DNA of 63,965 bases, the filler included, from an uncultured bacterium (GTDB lineage: Bacteria; DAOPZR01), in assembly GCA_964637655.1 (NCBI GenBank). It is 10 parts of 10 records of this genome, joined end to end, with 100 filler letters (N's around TTAATTAATTAA, not from the genome) between each part and the next. Parts side by side here need not be neighbours in the genome. Positions count along the whole stretch, not along the records: positions 27,700 to 34,430 come from CAZWUZ010000211.1; positions 34,531 to 41,125 come from CAZWUZ010000213.1; positions 41,226 to 47,790 come from CAZWUZ010000214.1; 7 more parts are not named here. One strand, given 5' to 3'. The notes under the pieces were generated by a model. That model was not told the origin of the DNA and did no database searches. It worked only from the letters and a program-made list of their open reading frames with translations. Of the stretch, positions 33,389-42,652 are shown piece by piece; positions within the stretch are counted from its first letter, which is position 1; each line of letters begins with the position of its first letter. The translations under genes and the position numbers were made by a program.

Positions 33389-34099
33389 TTACATTCCCAG
33401 TTTTTCCCAGGTGTCGCGCAACTCAATTTCGAGGCCCGGTCCCATCGTCGCCGCCACCGTCACGCGCTTCAGGTACACGCTGCGCCCGGCAATCGCCGCC
33501 GGCTTGGCCCGCGCCAGCGCCTGCAGCAGCGCCAGCAGGTTGTCCGCCAGCTGCGGCGCGCTGAACGACAGCTTGCCCAGCGTGCTGTGCACGATGTTGG
33601 TCTTGTCCACCTTCAGTTCGATACGCCCCTTTTTGAGTTCCGCCACCGTTTTCGCCACATCCATGGTGACCGTCCCCGCCTTCGGGTTGGGCATCAGCCC
33701 GCGCACGCCGAGCACCTTGCCCAGCTTGCCCACGTCGCGCATCATGTCGGGGGTCGCCACCGACACGTCGAAGTCGGTCCAGCCGCCCATGATCTTGGCG
33801 ATGGTTTCGGCGTCACCGATGAAGTCGGCGCCCGCGTCGCGCGCCTCCTTCTCCTTCTCCCCCTTGGCGAAGACCAGCACGCGCACCGTCTTGCCCGTGC
33901 CGTGCGGCAGGGAGACCGTGGTGCGCACCTGCTGCTCCGCCTTGCGCGAGTCGATGCCGAGGCGCACATGCACCTCGACCGTCTCGTCGAATTTCGCCGC
34001 CGGGATCGCCTTCAGCTGCGTGAAGGCCTCCTCCAGCGACGCGCACTTCGCCGCGCCGAGTTGTTCCTTGCCCGCGCGGTACCGTTTGCCCTGTGCCAT
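33389..34099 (-). CDS. rplA: 50S ribosomal protein L1
   Basis: KFDETVE, LPHGTGK, GLMPNPKAGTV, TMGPG. Confidence 0.98.
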   Translation of the reverse strand: MAQGKRYRAGKEQLGAAKCASLEEAFTQLKAIPAAKFDETVEVHVRLGIDSRKAEQQVRTTVSLPHGTGKTVRVLVFAKGEKEKEARDAGADFIGDAETIAKIMGGWTDFDVSVATPDMMRDVGKLGKVLGVRGLMPNPKAGTVTMDVAKTVAELKKGRIELKVDKTNIVHSTLGKLSFSAPQLADNLLALLQALARAKPAAIAGRSVYLKRVTVAATMGPGLEIELRDTWEKLGM

Positions 34100-34104
34100 G
34101 AGCC

Positions 34105-34430
34105 CTATCCTTCCACGACCAGGCCCATGCTGCGGGCCGTGCCGGCGATGATTTTCACCGCGCCGTCGAGATCGTTGGCGTTGAGGTCGGGCATCTTCAG
34201 CTTGGCGATTTCCTCAACCTGCGCCCGCGTGACGGTGCCGACCTTGGTCTTGTTCGGCTCACCCGAACCCTTCGCCAGTTTCGCCGCCTTCTTCAGCAGC
34301 ACAGCTGCCGGCGGCGTCTTGGTGACGAAGGTGAACGAGCGGTCCTCGTAGACCGTGATGATGACCGGGATGGTCAGGCCGGGCTCCAGCTTGGACGTCT
34401 TGTTGTTGAACTGCTTGCAGAAGTCCATGA
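34105..34430 (-). CDS. rplK: 50S ribosomal protein L11, 5' truncated
   Basis: [30 protein letters not shown]. Confidence 0.97.
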
Positions 34431-34578
34431 NNNNNNNNNNNNNNNNNNNNNNNNNNNNNNNNNNNNNNNNNNNNTTAATTAATTAANNNNNNNNNNNNNN
34501 NNNNNNNNNNNNNNNNNNNNNNNNNNNNNNGTCGAAAAGCTGGACGCCGAGGTCGGCGCCACCGTCGATTTCGACCAG

Positions 34579-34794
34579 GTGCCGAAGATCAGCGCACTGG
34601 CGTCAGCGATTGCCGCCGGCGGGCATGCCATCGACCTGCAGGTGGACGGGGGAATCGGGCCGGCGACGGCGGCGACGGTGGTACGGGCCGGGGCCAACCT
34701 GCTGGTGGCCGGTAACGCGTTTTTCGGCCAGGCCGACCGCGCGGCGGCACTGACGGGCATCATGGCAGCGGCGCGCGCCGGCAACCACGCGTAG
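34579..34794 (+). CDS. rpe: Ribulose-phosphate 3-epimerase, C-terminal fragment
   Basis: LQVDGGI...AGANLLVAGNAFF. Confidence 0.85.
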   Translation: MPKISALASAIAAGGHAIDLQVDGGIGPATAATVVRAGANLLVAGNAFFGQADRAAALTGIMAAARAGNHA

Positions 34795-34910
34795 CAGGCC
34801 CCGGGGGGACACGCAGCGCCTGGTGCATGTTATGCAGACGACGGGCAGGGTGCGTCCGGCGGAGTGCGTGGAGTGGCGGGAGAAAAACTGATTCTCGTGG
34901 AACGGTACGG

Positions 34911-36236
34911 ATGATGCGACGCGGCAACCTTCCCCTGCTGGGCATGCTCCTCGACGTGGTGACGGTCAACGGCGCCTACCTGATCGCCCTGCTGTTCGTG
35001 TTCGGCGGGGCCATCCCGGCGGCGGAATTCGCCCATTACCGGGCCATCGCCATCCTCGTGACGATTCTCTACCTCGGGTCGCTGTACGGGTTCGGGGTCT
35101 ACGACCGCGACTACCGTTATGCGGGGATGGACGATTTTCTCGCGGCGGCGCGGGCCACGGCGCTGGCCGGGGTGCTGGTGGTTGCCGCGACCTTTTACCA
35201 GCGCACGCTCGGGTATTCACGTCTCGGGTTTGCCTACGCGTTTGTCTTTGCCATGGGGCTGACGCTCGCCTGGCGCGGGGTGCAGCGCGGCGCGCACGAG
35301 TACGGCTGGCGGCAGCGGGTCAGCCGCCGGCGCGTGCTGGTGGCCGGGAGCGCGGCAGAAGCGGCGACCGTGGCCAGGCGGCTGGCTGATGACCATCGTT
35401 CCGGCCGCGAGGTGGTCGCCACCTGCGCCCTCACGGAACTGACCATGCCCGCGCTGGTGGCACGCTACAACCGGGAACCGTTTGACGAACTCGTCGTGGT
35501 CGCTGACGGGGCCGACCCGCAGGCGCTGCTCGCTCTGCATGATGCGGCGGCAGCGCTGGACATTCCCTGTCATCTGGTACCCGGTGCCTACGAACTGCTG
35601 CTGGCGCGGGCCCCGCTGCGCGAACTCGGCGACCTGCCGCTGCTCGAACTGGCTGGCGCCGCGCGTCCGAGCCGGGCCCTGGTCAAGCGGCTGAACGATC
35701 TGACGCTGGCGCTGCCGCTCGCGCTGCTGACCCTGCCGCTGGTGCTGCTGCTGGCGCTGCTGGTGCGTCTGCAGTCGCCCGGCCCCGCGTTCTTCAACCG
35801 GCCGCGGGTGGGGCGTCACGGCAAGCAGTTCATCATGTACAAACTGCGGACCATGGTCTGGCGGCCCGAGGCGGATCTCGACCTTACCGTTGACGGCAAC
35901 GACCCGCGCATCACCGGGATCGGGCGCTGGCTGCGCCGCTGGTCGCTCGATGAACTGCCGCAACTGTGGAACGTGGTGCGCGGCGACATGGCGCTGGTCG
36001 GGCCCCGTCCGGAAATCCCGGCAGTGGTGGCCACCTACGCCCCGTGGCAGCACGAGGCGCTGGAAATCATGCCCGGACTTACCGGACTCTCCCAGGTGAG
36101 CGGTCGCGACGCCCTGTCACTGACGGACAAGTCACGTCTCGATATCTTCTACCGCCGGCATCATACGCTGGCGCTCGACATGAAAATCCTGCTCAAGACC
36201 CTGTGGGTGGTCGTCTCGGGCGAAGGGGTCAACTGA
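34911..36236 (+). CDS. Polyprenyl glycosylphosphotransferase (WcaJ/WbaP-like sugar transferase)
   Basis: Four N-terminal TMs; YKLRTM, DPRIT, SLDELPQL, LVGPRP, PGLTGLSQV. Confidence 0.92.
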   Translation: MMRRGNLPLLGMLLDVVTVNGAYLIALLFVFGGAIPAAEFAHYRAIAILVTILYLGSLYGFGVYDRDYRYAGMDDFLAAARATALAGVLVVAATFYQRTLGYSRLGFAYAFVFAMGLTLAWRGVQRGAHEYGWRQRVSRRRVLVAGSAAEAATVARRLADDHRSGREVVATCALTELTMPALVARYNREPFDELVVVADGADPQALLALHDAAAALDIPCHLVPGAYELLLARAPLRELGDLPLLELAGAARPSRALVKRLNDLTLALPLALLTLPLVLLLALLVRLQSPGPAFFNRPRVGRHGKQFIMYKLRTMVWRPEADLDLTVDGNDPRITGIGRWLRRWSLDELPQLWNVVRGDMALVGPRPEIPAVVATYAPWQHEALEIMPGLTGLSQVSGRDALSLTDKSRLDIFYRRHHTLALDMKILLKTLWVVVSGEGVN

Positions 36237-37625
36237 ATGGAACGCATCCTCGTCATCGGCGCCGGCGAAGCCGGACGCATGGTCAGTCGCGAGATTGCCA
36301 CGCACCCGGAACTGGGGTTCACCGTGACCGGGTTTGTCGACGACGATCCCGCCAAGCGCGGCACGGTCATCGATGGCAGCACCGTACTTGGCGGCAAGGC
36401 GGAGATTGCCGTGCTGGTGGCGCGCGAGCAGGTGACACTGGTCATTATCGCCATTCCGTCCGCCCCGGGGCGCGTGATCCGTGACATCGTCTCGGCCTGC
36501 CGTGACTGTGCGGTCAGGGTGCGTATCGTGCCGGGGATTTTCGAGATCATCGCCGGCGATGTGCATCTCAACAATATCCGCCCCATCCGGGTCGAGGATC
36601 TGCTCGGGCGCGAGACGGTGCGCGTGGAAAGCGCCGGCCTGGTGCGCGGCAAGCGGGTGCTGGTAACGGGCGCGGCGGGCTCGATCGGCAGCGAACTCTG
36701 CCGGCAGATACTGCGCGGGGAACCCGGGGAACTGTACGCGCTGGACAACGGCGAAACGGAACTGTTCAATCTCGGGCAGGAACTGGGGGGGCATCAGGGC
36801 TATGTGCCGGTGATGGGCGATATCCGCGACCGGCAGCGGATGACGGCGGTGTTTGCCGCAGTCGAACCGCACCTGGTTTTTCACGCGGCGGCCTACAAGC
36901 ATGTGCCGATGATGGAACGCGCGCCCGGGGAAGCGGTCAAGACCAATGTCTTCGGCACGCAGGCGGTGGTCGAACTGGCGGTGGCGCACGGTGTGGAGCG
37001 GTTCGTGCTCATCTCGTCGGACAAGGCGGTCAACCCGACCAACGTGATGGGGGCAACCAAGCGGCTGGCCGAGCGCGTGGTGCTGGCGGCGGCGGGCGGG
37101 CCGACGAAGTGCGCGGTCGTGCGCTTCGGCAACGTGCTGGCCAGCCGCGGCAGCGTGGTGCCGATTTTCCAGGCGCAGATCGCCGCCGGCGGTCCGCTGA
37201 CGGTGACGCATCCGGACGCGGTGCGCTACTTCATGACCATTCCCGAGGCGGCGCAACTGGTGATCAAGGCGGGCGGGTTCGGCGAACACGGCGAAATCTT
37301 TCTGCTCGACATGGGCGACCCGATCCGCATCCAGGACCTGGCGCGCAACCTCATCACCCTCTCCGGGCTGCGGCCCGACCAGGATATCGAGGTGACGTTC
37401 AGCGGTTTGCGGCCGGGGGAAAAACTGTTCGAGGAACTGCTGACCAGCGGCGAGGGAATCGAGCCGACCGCGCATCCGAAGATCTTCCGCACGGCACCGG
37501 AACCGCTGACGGAGAACCTGGTCGCCGGCCTGGCGGCGCTGGCCGCCGCGCCGACGGACCGGGAGACGCTGCGGCTGCTGCGCGAGCTGGTGCCCGAGTA
37601 CCGCCCGACCTACATCCCGGTGTGA
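36237..37625 (+). CDS. UDP-sugar 4,6-dehydratase (CapD/PglF/WbpM-like, without N-terminal TMs)
   Basis: GAGEAG, VEDLLGR, GAAGSIGSEL, HAAAYKHVP, VRFGNVL, GLRPGEKL. Confidence 0.93.
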   Translation: MERILVIGAGEAGRMVSREIATHPELGFTVTGFVDDDPAKRGTVIDGSTVLGGKAEIAVLVAREQVTLVIIAIPSAPGRVIRDIVSACRDCAVRVRIVPGIFEIIAGDVHLNNIRPIRVEDLLGRETVRVESAGLVRGKRVLVTGAAGSIGSELCRQILRGEPGELYALDNGETELFNLGQELGGHQGYVPVMGDIRDRQRMTAVFAAVEPHLVFHAAAYKHVPMMERAPGEAVKTNVFGTQAVVELAVAHGVERFVLISSDKAVNPTNVMGATKRLAERVVLAAAGGPTKCAVVRFGNVLASRGSVVPIFQAQIAAGGPLTVTHPDAVRYFMTIPEAAQLVIKAGGFGEHGEIFLLDMGDPIRIQDLARNLITLSGLRPDQDIEVTFSGLRPGEKLFEELLTSGEGIEPTAHPKIFRTAPEPLTENLVAGLAALAAAPTDRETLRLLRELVPEYRPTYIPV

Positions 37626-37644
37626 GCTGTTGCCGCGAGGCCCG

Positions 37645-38316
37645 TCAGGCGCGCCAGCGGAACGGGGAGAAGTCGGTGGCGCGGTCGTACACATCCTCCT
37701 GCTCGGCGCGCTTGAGCGCGCGGCAGGCGGCGCAGGTGAGCGGCGTCACCAGCACCTCGATACCCACCTTGAACACATAGTTGGAGACGGCGACCGCGTA
37801 CCAGACCTCCGCCGGCCATACCCCCCAGAACGCGACGAACAGAAACACCAGCGTGTCGAGCGCTTCGCCCGCGAGGGTCGAGACGATGGTGCGCAGCCAG
37901 AGCCAGCGGCCGGCGGTCGCGACCTTGAGGCGGGCGAGCAGATAACTGTTGCAGAACTCGCCGGCGAGGAAGGCGAGCAGCGAGGCGAGGACGATACGCG
38001 GGAACTGGCCGAGAATGGCGGCATAGGCGGCCTGGTGCGGCCAGTCGGCGGCGGCGGGGAGCCGTTCGACCAGCGCGAAGAGGGCGGCGGCGAAGAGCAG
38101 CCAGGCGAACCCGGTCCAGATGAGGCGGCGGCAGCGGGCATAGCCGTAGACCTCGGTGACGATGTCGCCGAGGATGTAGGCGAGCGGGAAAAGCAGCGTG
38201 CCGCCGTCGAACGTGAACGGGCCCAATTGCAGCACCTTGGTCGAGGTGACATTCGACAGGATGAGCACCGCGACGAGCGCGACGCTCAACTGGTCGAGGT
38301 GACGGTAGGGGCGCAT
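37645..38316 (-). CDS. Queuosine precursor transporter (YhhQ/VUT family)
   Basis: FPLAYILGDIVTEVYG, RIVLASLLAF, LWLRTIVST. Confidence 0.9.
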   Translation of the reverse strand: MRPYRHLDQLSVALVAVLILSNVTSTKVLQLGPFTFDGGTLLFPLAYILGDIVTEVYGYARCRRLIWTGFAWLLFAAALFALVERLPAAADWPHQAAYAAILGQFPRIVLASLLAFLAGEFCNSYLLARLKVATAGRWLWLRTIVSTLAGEALDTLVFLFVAFWGVWPAEVWYAVAVSNYVFKVGIEVLVTPLTCAACRALKRAEQEDVYDRATDFSPFRWRA

Positions 38317-38317
38317 G

Positions 38318-39229
38318 TCAGACCGCGGGGATGATCTGCCACACCTCGACCATGTGGTCGGGGTGGTAGGACTGTTTGGCGCGGCGCAGGCCGGGAATGC
38401 CGAGATCCTGCTCCCGGTTGAGCCAGGGATAGTCCGCCGCCGCCTGCGCGGCGAACTCGCGGTTGATCAGCTGGTAAAGCCCGTCGATGTCGGTGTCCGC
38501 TTTCTCGATGTAGACGACGAACGTGTCGTCCGCCAGCGGCTCGCCGAGCGCGATGGCGACGAAGGTCCCGTCGACACGGATGGCGCCGCCGCGCAGGCCG
38601 AGCGCGCAGGGATTGGCCAGCAGCTGCCCGATGGCGGCATGCTCGCGCAGCAGTGCGGGCGTCGCCGGGCAGCCGTGCACCGTGCACCAGCGGGCAGCAT
38701 ACTCGCGGAAGGCGGGCACGGTTTGCGGGGTGAGGGGAACGTAGTCGTAGACCAGGGTGCGGCGCAGGCGGTTGAGATGGTTGCGCTTGCCGTCGTACTT
38801 GCGCCCGGGCAGGTCGATGAGGTCGCGGGTGCGGTAGACATAGTCGTCGTTGTCCGGGTCGCGCGTCACGGTGAAGGCCGGGTCGCCGGCGAGCGCGGCA
38901 GCGACCGGGGCGGTGACGAACTTGAACCGGCAGCCCGGCTCGGCGGCCGCGACTGCGCGCATGGCGGCCACCGGGTCGGGTGTGTGCAGCGGTTCGAGGT
39001 ATTCATGCCCGCCGTCGTCCGGGCAGTCGCGGACCAGCACCGCCTCGCCGAGCCGGCAGAGTTCTGTACGGTCGGTGGTGTGCCAGGCGAAGATGTTGGC
39101 AAAACTGTAGACCGAAGAATGCTTGGGCGAAGCGGTGAAGAGGGCACGGAAGAGCGGCGCGTCGTCGCACACCACGCGCCGGACCGCGGGGTATTCGGGC
39201 AGGGGAGTGATGACAGCGGTGGCGCTCAT
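38318..39229 (-). CDS. DUF2156 family (lysyltransferase-like GNAT domain) protein
   Basis: DYVY...L.GRKYDGKRNH, IEKA, NREQDLGIPGLRRAKQSYHP. Confidence 0.9.
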   Translation of the reverse strand: MSATAVITPLPEYPAVRRVVCDDAPLFRALFTASPKHSSVYSFANIFAWHTTDRTELCRLGEAVLVRDCPDDGGHEYLEPLHTPDPVAAMRAVAAAEPGCRFKFVTAPVAAALAGDPAFTVTRDPDNDDYVYRTRDLIDLPGRKYDGKRNHLNRLRRTLVYDYVPLTPQTVPAFREYAARWCTVHGCPATPALLREHAAIGQLLANPCALGLRGGAIRVDGTFVAIALGEPLADDTFVVYIEKADTDIDGLYQLINREFAAQAAADYPWLNREQDLGIPGLRRAKQSYHPDHMVEVWQIIPAV

Positions 39230-39281
39230 GCAAGGTTCCTTTCCGGCATGCGCGGTACTCTACACCCTGACGGTGGCAGGG

Positions 39282-39836
39282 TCAAGGGCCGGCGAGCAGC
39301 AGGCGCAGGCCGAGGAGGATGAGGATGAGGCCGCCCGCCGCGCGGGCGGCGCGCTGCAGCCGGCTGCCGCAGAGGGTGCCGAGCCACACGCCGCCCGCGG
39401 CGATGACGAAGGTGGTCAGGCCGATGCACAGGGCGGGCAGCAGGATGGGGAGGCCGAGCAGGGTGAGGGAGAAACCGACGGCCAGCGCGTCGAGCGAGGT
39501 GGCGATGGCGAGCATGGTCAGCGGCAGCAGGGCGATACGGTGGATGACCGGACAGTCGTTTCGCCGTGCGTCGTACAGCATCTTGCCGCCGACCGCAGCG
39601 AGCAGCACAAAGGCAAGAGCGGGCGCCGCCGCGGCGACGAGCGCGGCGAGCAGCGAACCCGCGAGCCCGCCGAGCAGCGGCATCAGGCCCTGAAACCCGC
39701 CGAAAAAAACACCGACCAGCAGCGCCGCGCGCAGCCGGTTGCCGCCGAGCGCCAGCCCGTAGCAGACCGCGACCGCGAACGCGTCCATGCTGAGCGCGAT
39801 GGCGAGCGCGAACAGCGCGCCGGACGAGAGGGTCAT
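39282..39836 (-). CDS. mntP: Manganese efflux pump
   Basis: ALSMDAFAVA, FQGLMP, AIATSLDALAVG. Confidence 0.9.
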   Translation of the reverse strand: MTLSSGALFALAIALSMDAFAVAVCYGLALGGNRLRAALLVGVFFGGFQGLMPLLGGLAGSLLAALVAAAAPALAFVLLAAVGGKMLYDARRNDCPVIHRIALLPLTMLAIATSLDALAVGFSLTLLGLPILLPALCIGLTTFVIAAGGVWLGTLCGSRLQRAARAAGGLILILLGLRLLLAGP

Positions 39837-39837
39837 G

Positions 39838-40659
39838 TCAGGTGACGGTCAGGGTGTCGCCTTCACGGGCGGCGGAAACGCGGCCCGTGAACTGCGTCTG
39901 GTAGTCCTGCTCGAGCCGCGCGAGCTCCTCGTCGAGGCGGGCCGGGTCGTGATGGAAAAAAACCACCTGGCCGCAGCCGGCGTCGCGCGCCAGCTGCAGC
40001 ACCTGCTCGCAGGTGGAGTGCCCCCAGCCGCGGCGGCGCGGGTATTCAGCATCGGTGAACTGCGCGTCATGCACGAGCAGCTGCGCACCGCGGCAGAATT
40101 CGACGAGGCGGGGATAGGCGGTGACCGGCTTCGCCGCCTGCAGCTCGTTGTCGGTGATGAAGACCAGCGCGCGGGAGCCGCAGTCGACGCGCACGCCGAC
40201 CGTCGGGGCGGGATGATTGACCGGGCAGAGGCGCAGGCGGCAGGGGCCGAGGTCCTCGCCGCCGGCCGGCACCTCGGCAAACTCGATGGTGGCGCGCAGG
40301 TCGGCGAACGCGACGGGAAAATACTCCAGTGCCATCTGGCGGTCGAACATGCGGCGCAGCGGCGGCAGGCAGCGCGGGCAGCCGCGCAGGCGCAGGCGTA
40401 CCGCCGGGTCGTAGACCGGGGCGAAGAAGGGGAACCCGTGGATATGGTCCCAGTGCGTGTGGGTTACCAGCAGGTGCAGGTCACGGGTGCCGCGCTGCTG
40501 CAGCAGTTCGCCGAGCCGGCGGATGCCCGTGCCCGCGTCGATGATGAGCTGCTGGCCGTCCTGCTCGACGCTGACACAGCAGGTGTTGCCGCCGTACTGC
40601 ATGGCGCGGCTGTCGGGGACCGGCACCGAGCCGCGCGTACCCCAGAACGTCAGCTGCAT
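39838..40659 (-). CDS. Metallo-beta-lactamase-fold hydrolase (PhnP/ElaC-like)
   Basis: FWGTRGS, YGGNT, DAGTG, THTHWDHIHG, WGHST, FHHDP. Confidence 0.9.
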   Translation of the reverse strand: MQLTFWGTRGSVPVPDSRAMQYGGNTCCVSVEQDGQQLIIDAGTGIRRLGELLQQRGTRDLHLLVTHTHWDHIHGFPFFAPVYDPAVRLRLRGCPRCLPPLRRMFDRQMALEYFPVAFADLRATIEFAEVPAGGEDLGPCRLRLCPVNHPAPTVGVRVDCGSRALVFITDNELQAAKPVTAYPRLVEFCRGAQLLVHDAQFTDAEYPRRRGWGHSTCEQVLQLARDAGCGQVVFFHHDPARLDEELARLEQDYQTQFTGRVSAAREGDTLTVT

Positions 40660-41125
40660 TCAGCCACCTCCCGGCCGAGCGCGGCGGCGCGGTCGAGGCA
40701 GTCGGGGTGGTGCCGGACCGCGCCGGCTTCTTCGCCGCCGGGACAGAACAGCTCGCCGGTGAAACGCGCGCCGGCAGTGGCGAAAAAGTTGGCGGCCACG
40801 CTGCGGGCGTTGCGGTAGAAGTCCTGCCGGTCCGTCGCCGCGGTGACGAACAGCACGCCGCGTCGCGGCGTGTCGCGCGGCAGGGTGTGATACACCTCCC
40901 GCGCCTGCCAGCGGCATTGCAGACGGTCGATGCACATCTTGGTTTGTGCGCTGAGCCCGCCGAAGTAGAGCGGGCTGGCGAGGATGATGCCGCTGGCGCG
41001 GTCGAGCAGCGGGTAGACCTGCTGCAGGTCGTCGCGCAGCAGGCAGGAACCGTCACGCGGGGCGTCGGGGCAGGCCTGGCAGGGGCGGAAGTGCAGGTCG
41101 TTGAGGATGACGGTTTCCGTCGTCG
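40650..41125 (-). CDS. Flavodoxin family / iron-sulfur flavoprotein, 5' truncated
   Basis: Manual translation: RPCQAC...SCLLRDDL...ASPLYFGGLSAQTKMCIDRLQC. Confidence 0.85.
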
Positions 41126-41247
41126 NNNNNNNNNNNNNNNNNNNNNNNNNNNNNNNNNNNNNNNNNNNNTTAATTAATTAANNNNNNNNNNNNNNNNNNN
41201 NNNNNNNNNNNNNNNNNNNNNNNNNTACGTCCGGCCGTGTCTGCCCT

Positions 41248-41282
41248 GCCGCTTCGCGGCTTCCTCTCCCGGCGGGAGAGGG
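41248..41282. repeat. REP-like palindromic element
   Basis: GCCGC-TTC-GCGGC followed by CCTCTCCC-GGC-GGGAGAGG near the contig end. Confidence 0.5.
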
Positions 41283-41400
41283 GAAACACAGTAACCGGCT
41301 GAATGGTTGCGAATCTGCTCTCTTACGCGTTCCGCCTGACTGTGACTGCGACTACCACTACCTGATGCCGGCGGCTGCCACCGATAGCGAACGGGCACGA

Positions 41401-41625
41401 TCAGACGAGCCAGCCGTCCTTGCCGCCGGCGCGGGCGGGCGGCGGCGGCGCGTCCGGCAGCGGCACGCGCGCGTCGCACGGCGCACCTGTCGTCGTCAAC
41501 ACCGTCACACAGGGGAGCGCCTTCCCCTTGAACCCGAACACGTCACAGGCGTAGGGAAAGCGCTTGTCGTAGGTAATGCGGAAATGGCGGCACCCGTAGC
41601 AGGTGACCCCCGCCCCCTTCGTCAT
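41401..41625 (-). CDS. Small Cys-rich hypothetical protein
   Basis: MTKGAGVTCYGCRHFRITYDKRFPYACDVFGFKG...C; ATGA overlap with the upstream gene. Confidence 0.75.
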   Translation of the reverse strand: MTKGAGVTCYGCRHFRITYDKRFPYACDVFGFKGKALPCVTVLTTTGAPCDARVPLPDAPPPPARAGGKDGWLV

Positions 41626-42590
41626 TTGCCCGGAGCGCGCACCGGGAACGACGGGTCGGCCGGCCGCGCCGGCGCCGCCGGCGACGGGCGCGGCGTCGTT
41701 GCGGAACTCCCCGACGACGGCGTGGTAATCGTAATGTAGCGGTTGAGATCGGTGATGGCGCCCGTCGCCGCGTCGATGCTGAACGCATGCCACTGGTCCT
41801 GCCCGCGCTCCCAGTGCACGACCCCGCTGCGCCGCACCGTGCGGCCGTCGGGCAGGGTGATCTTCAGGCCGGCGGTCACCGAGGCGGTGGGCGGGCGTTC
41901 ACGGTTGGCAAAATACACCGACACAACATAGGTGCCACGGGTGTAGTTGTCGCTGCCGTAGCGGTCGAACACGAAATACTCAGGCGTCCCGCCGGTCGAC
42001 TGATCGCTGCCGCACTTGTTGAAACTGCGCAGTACCATGTTCTGCCCGGCCGCATCCCAGATCTCAAGGTCGAGATCGATCGGCTCGCTCCAGGTCAGTT
42101 CGACCCGCACCTTGCCCGTCCCCGCGGGCGGGATTGCCGGCACGTCGGGCGTGCCCGGGGCATCCGGCACGACGACCGTGCCGCCCGGGTCGACCGGCAC
42201 CGTCACCGGCCCCTCCGCCGCAAACATGCCGCTGAGTTTGTCGCGAAAATGCCAGATACCGAAGGCGATACCCCCGGCACAGAGCAGCAGCAGCCCGACG
42301 ACGAAGAACCCGACAATCCCCCACAGGCAGCCGCCGCTCTGCTTCTCCTGCTGCACTGCTGCCGCGGCCGGCGTCGGCGTTTCTGCTGCTGCCGGCGCGG
42401 CGGCGGTTGCTGGCGCAACAGGTTCAACCGGTGGTGCAGCCGGTTCAGCCGCCGGGGTGACCGGTCCTGCCGGGGCCGCAGCGGGAGGCGGGGTGTTCCC
42501 CGGTGCGGGTGGCGGCGCGTTCAGCGCCCCGCAATGAACGCAGACCAGTGCCGTGCCGATCTCCTTGCCGCATTGCGCACAGTGTGCCAT
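41622..42590 (-). CDS. Zinc-ribbon, single-TM protein with exported domain
   Basis: CAQC..CVHC, Pro/Ala linker, TM, then VELTWSEPIDLDL domain. Confidence 0.75.
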   Translation of the reverse strand: MAHCAQCGKEIGTALVCVHCGALNAPPPAPGNTPPPAAAPAGPVTPAAEPAAPPVEPVAPATAAAPAAAETPTPAAAAVQQEKQSGGCLWGIVGFFVVGLLLLCAGGIAFGIWHFRDKLSGMFAAEGPVTVPVDPGGTVVVPDAPGTPDVPAIPPAGTGKVRVELTWSEPIDLDLEIWDAAGQNMVLRSFNKCGSDQSTGGTPEYFVFDRYGSDNYTRGTYVVSVYFANRERPPTASVTAGLKITLPDGRTVRRSGVVHWERGQDQWHAFSIDAATGAITDLNRYITITTPSSGSSATTPRPSPAAPARPADPSFPVRAPGK

Positions 42591-42652
42591 GTTCTTCCTC
42601 CCTGCCTGATGGTTGCTGCATCATACCCGAAAGTGGAACCTCCGGGCAACTC

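Noticed and set aside
41401-41625. Uracil-DNA glycosylase label often attached to such small Cys-rich proteins
   Set aside because: Too short and lacks UDG motifs; kept as hypothetical.
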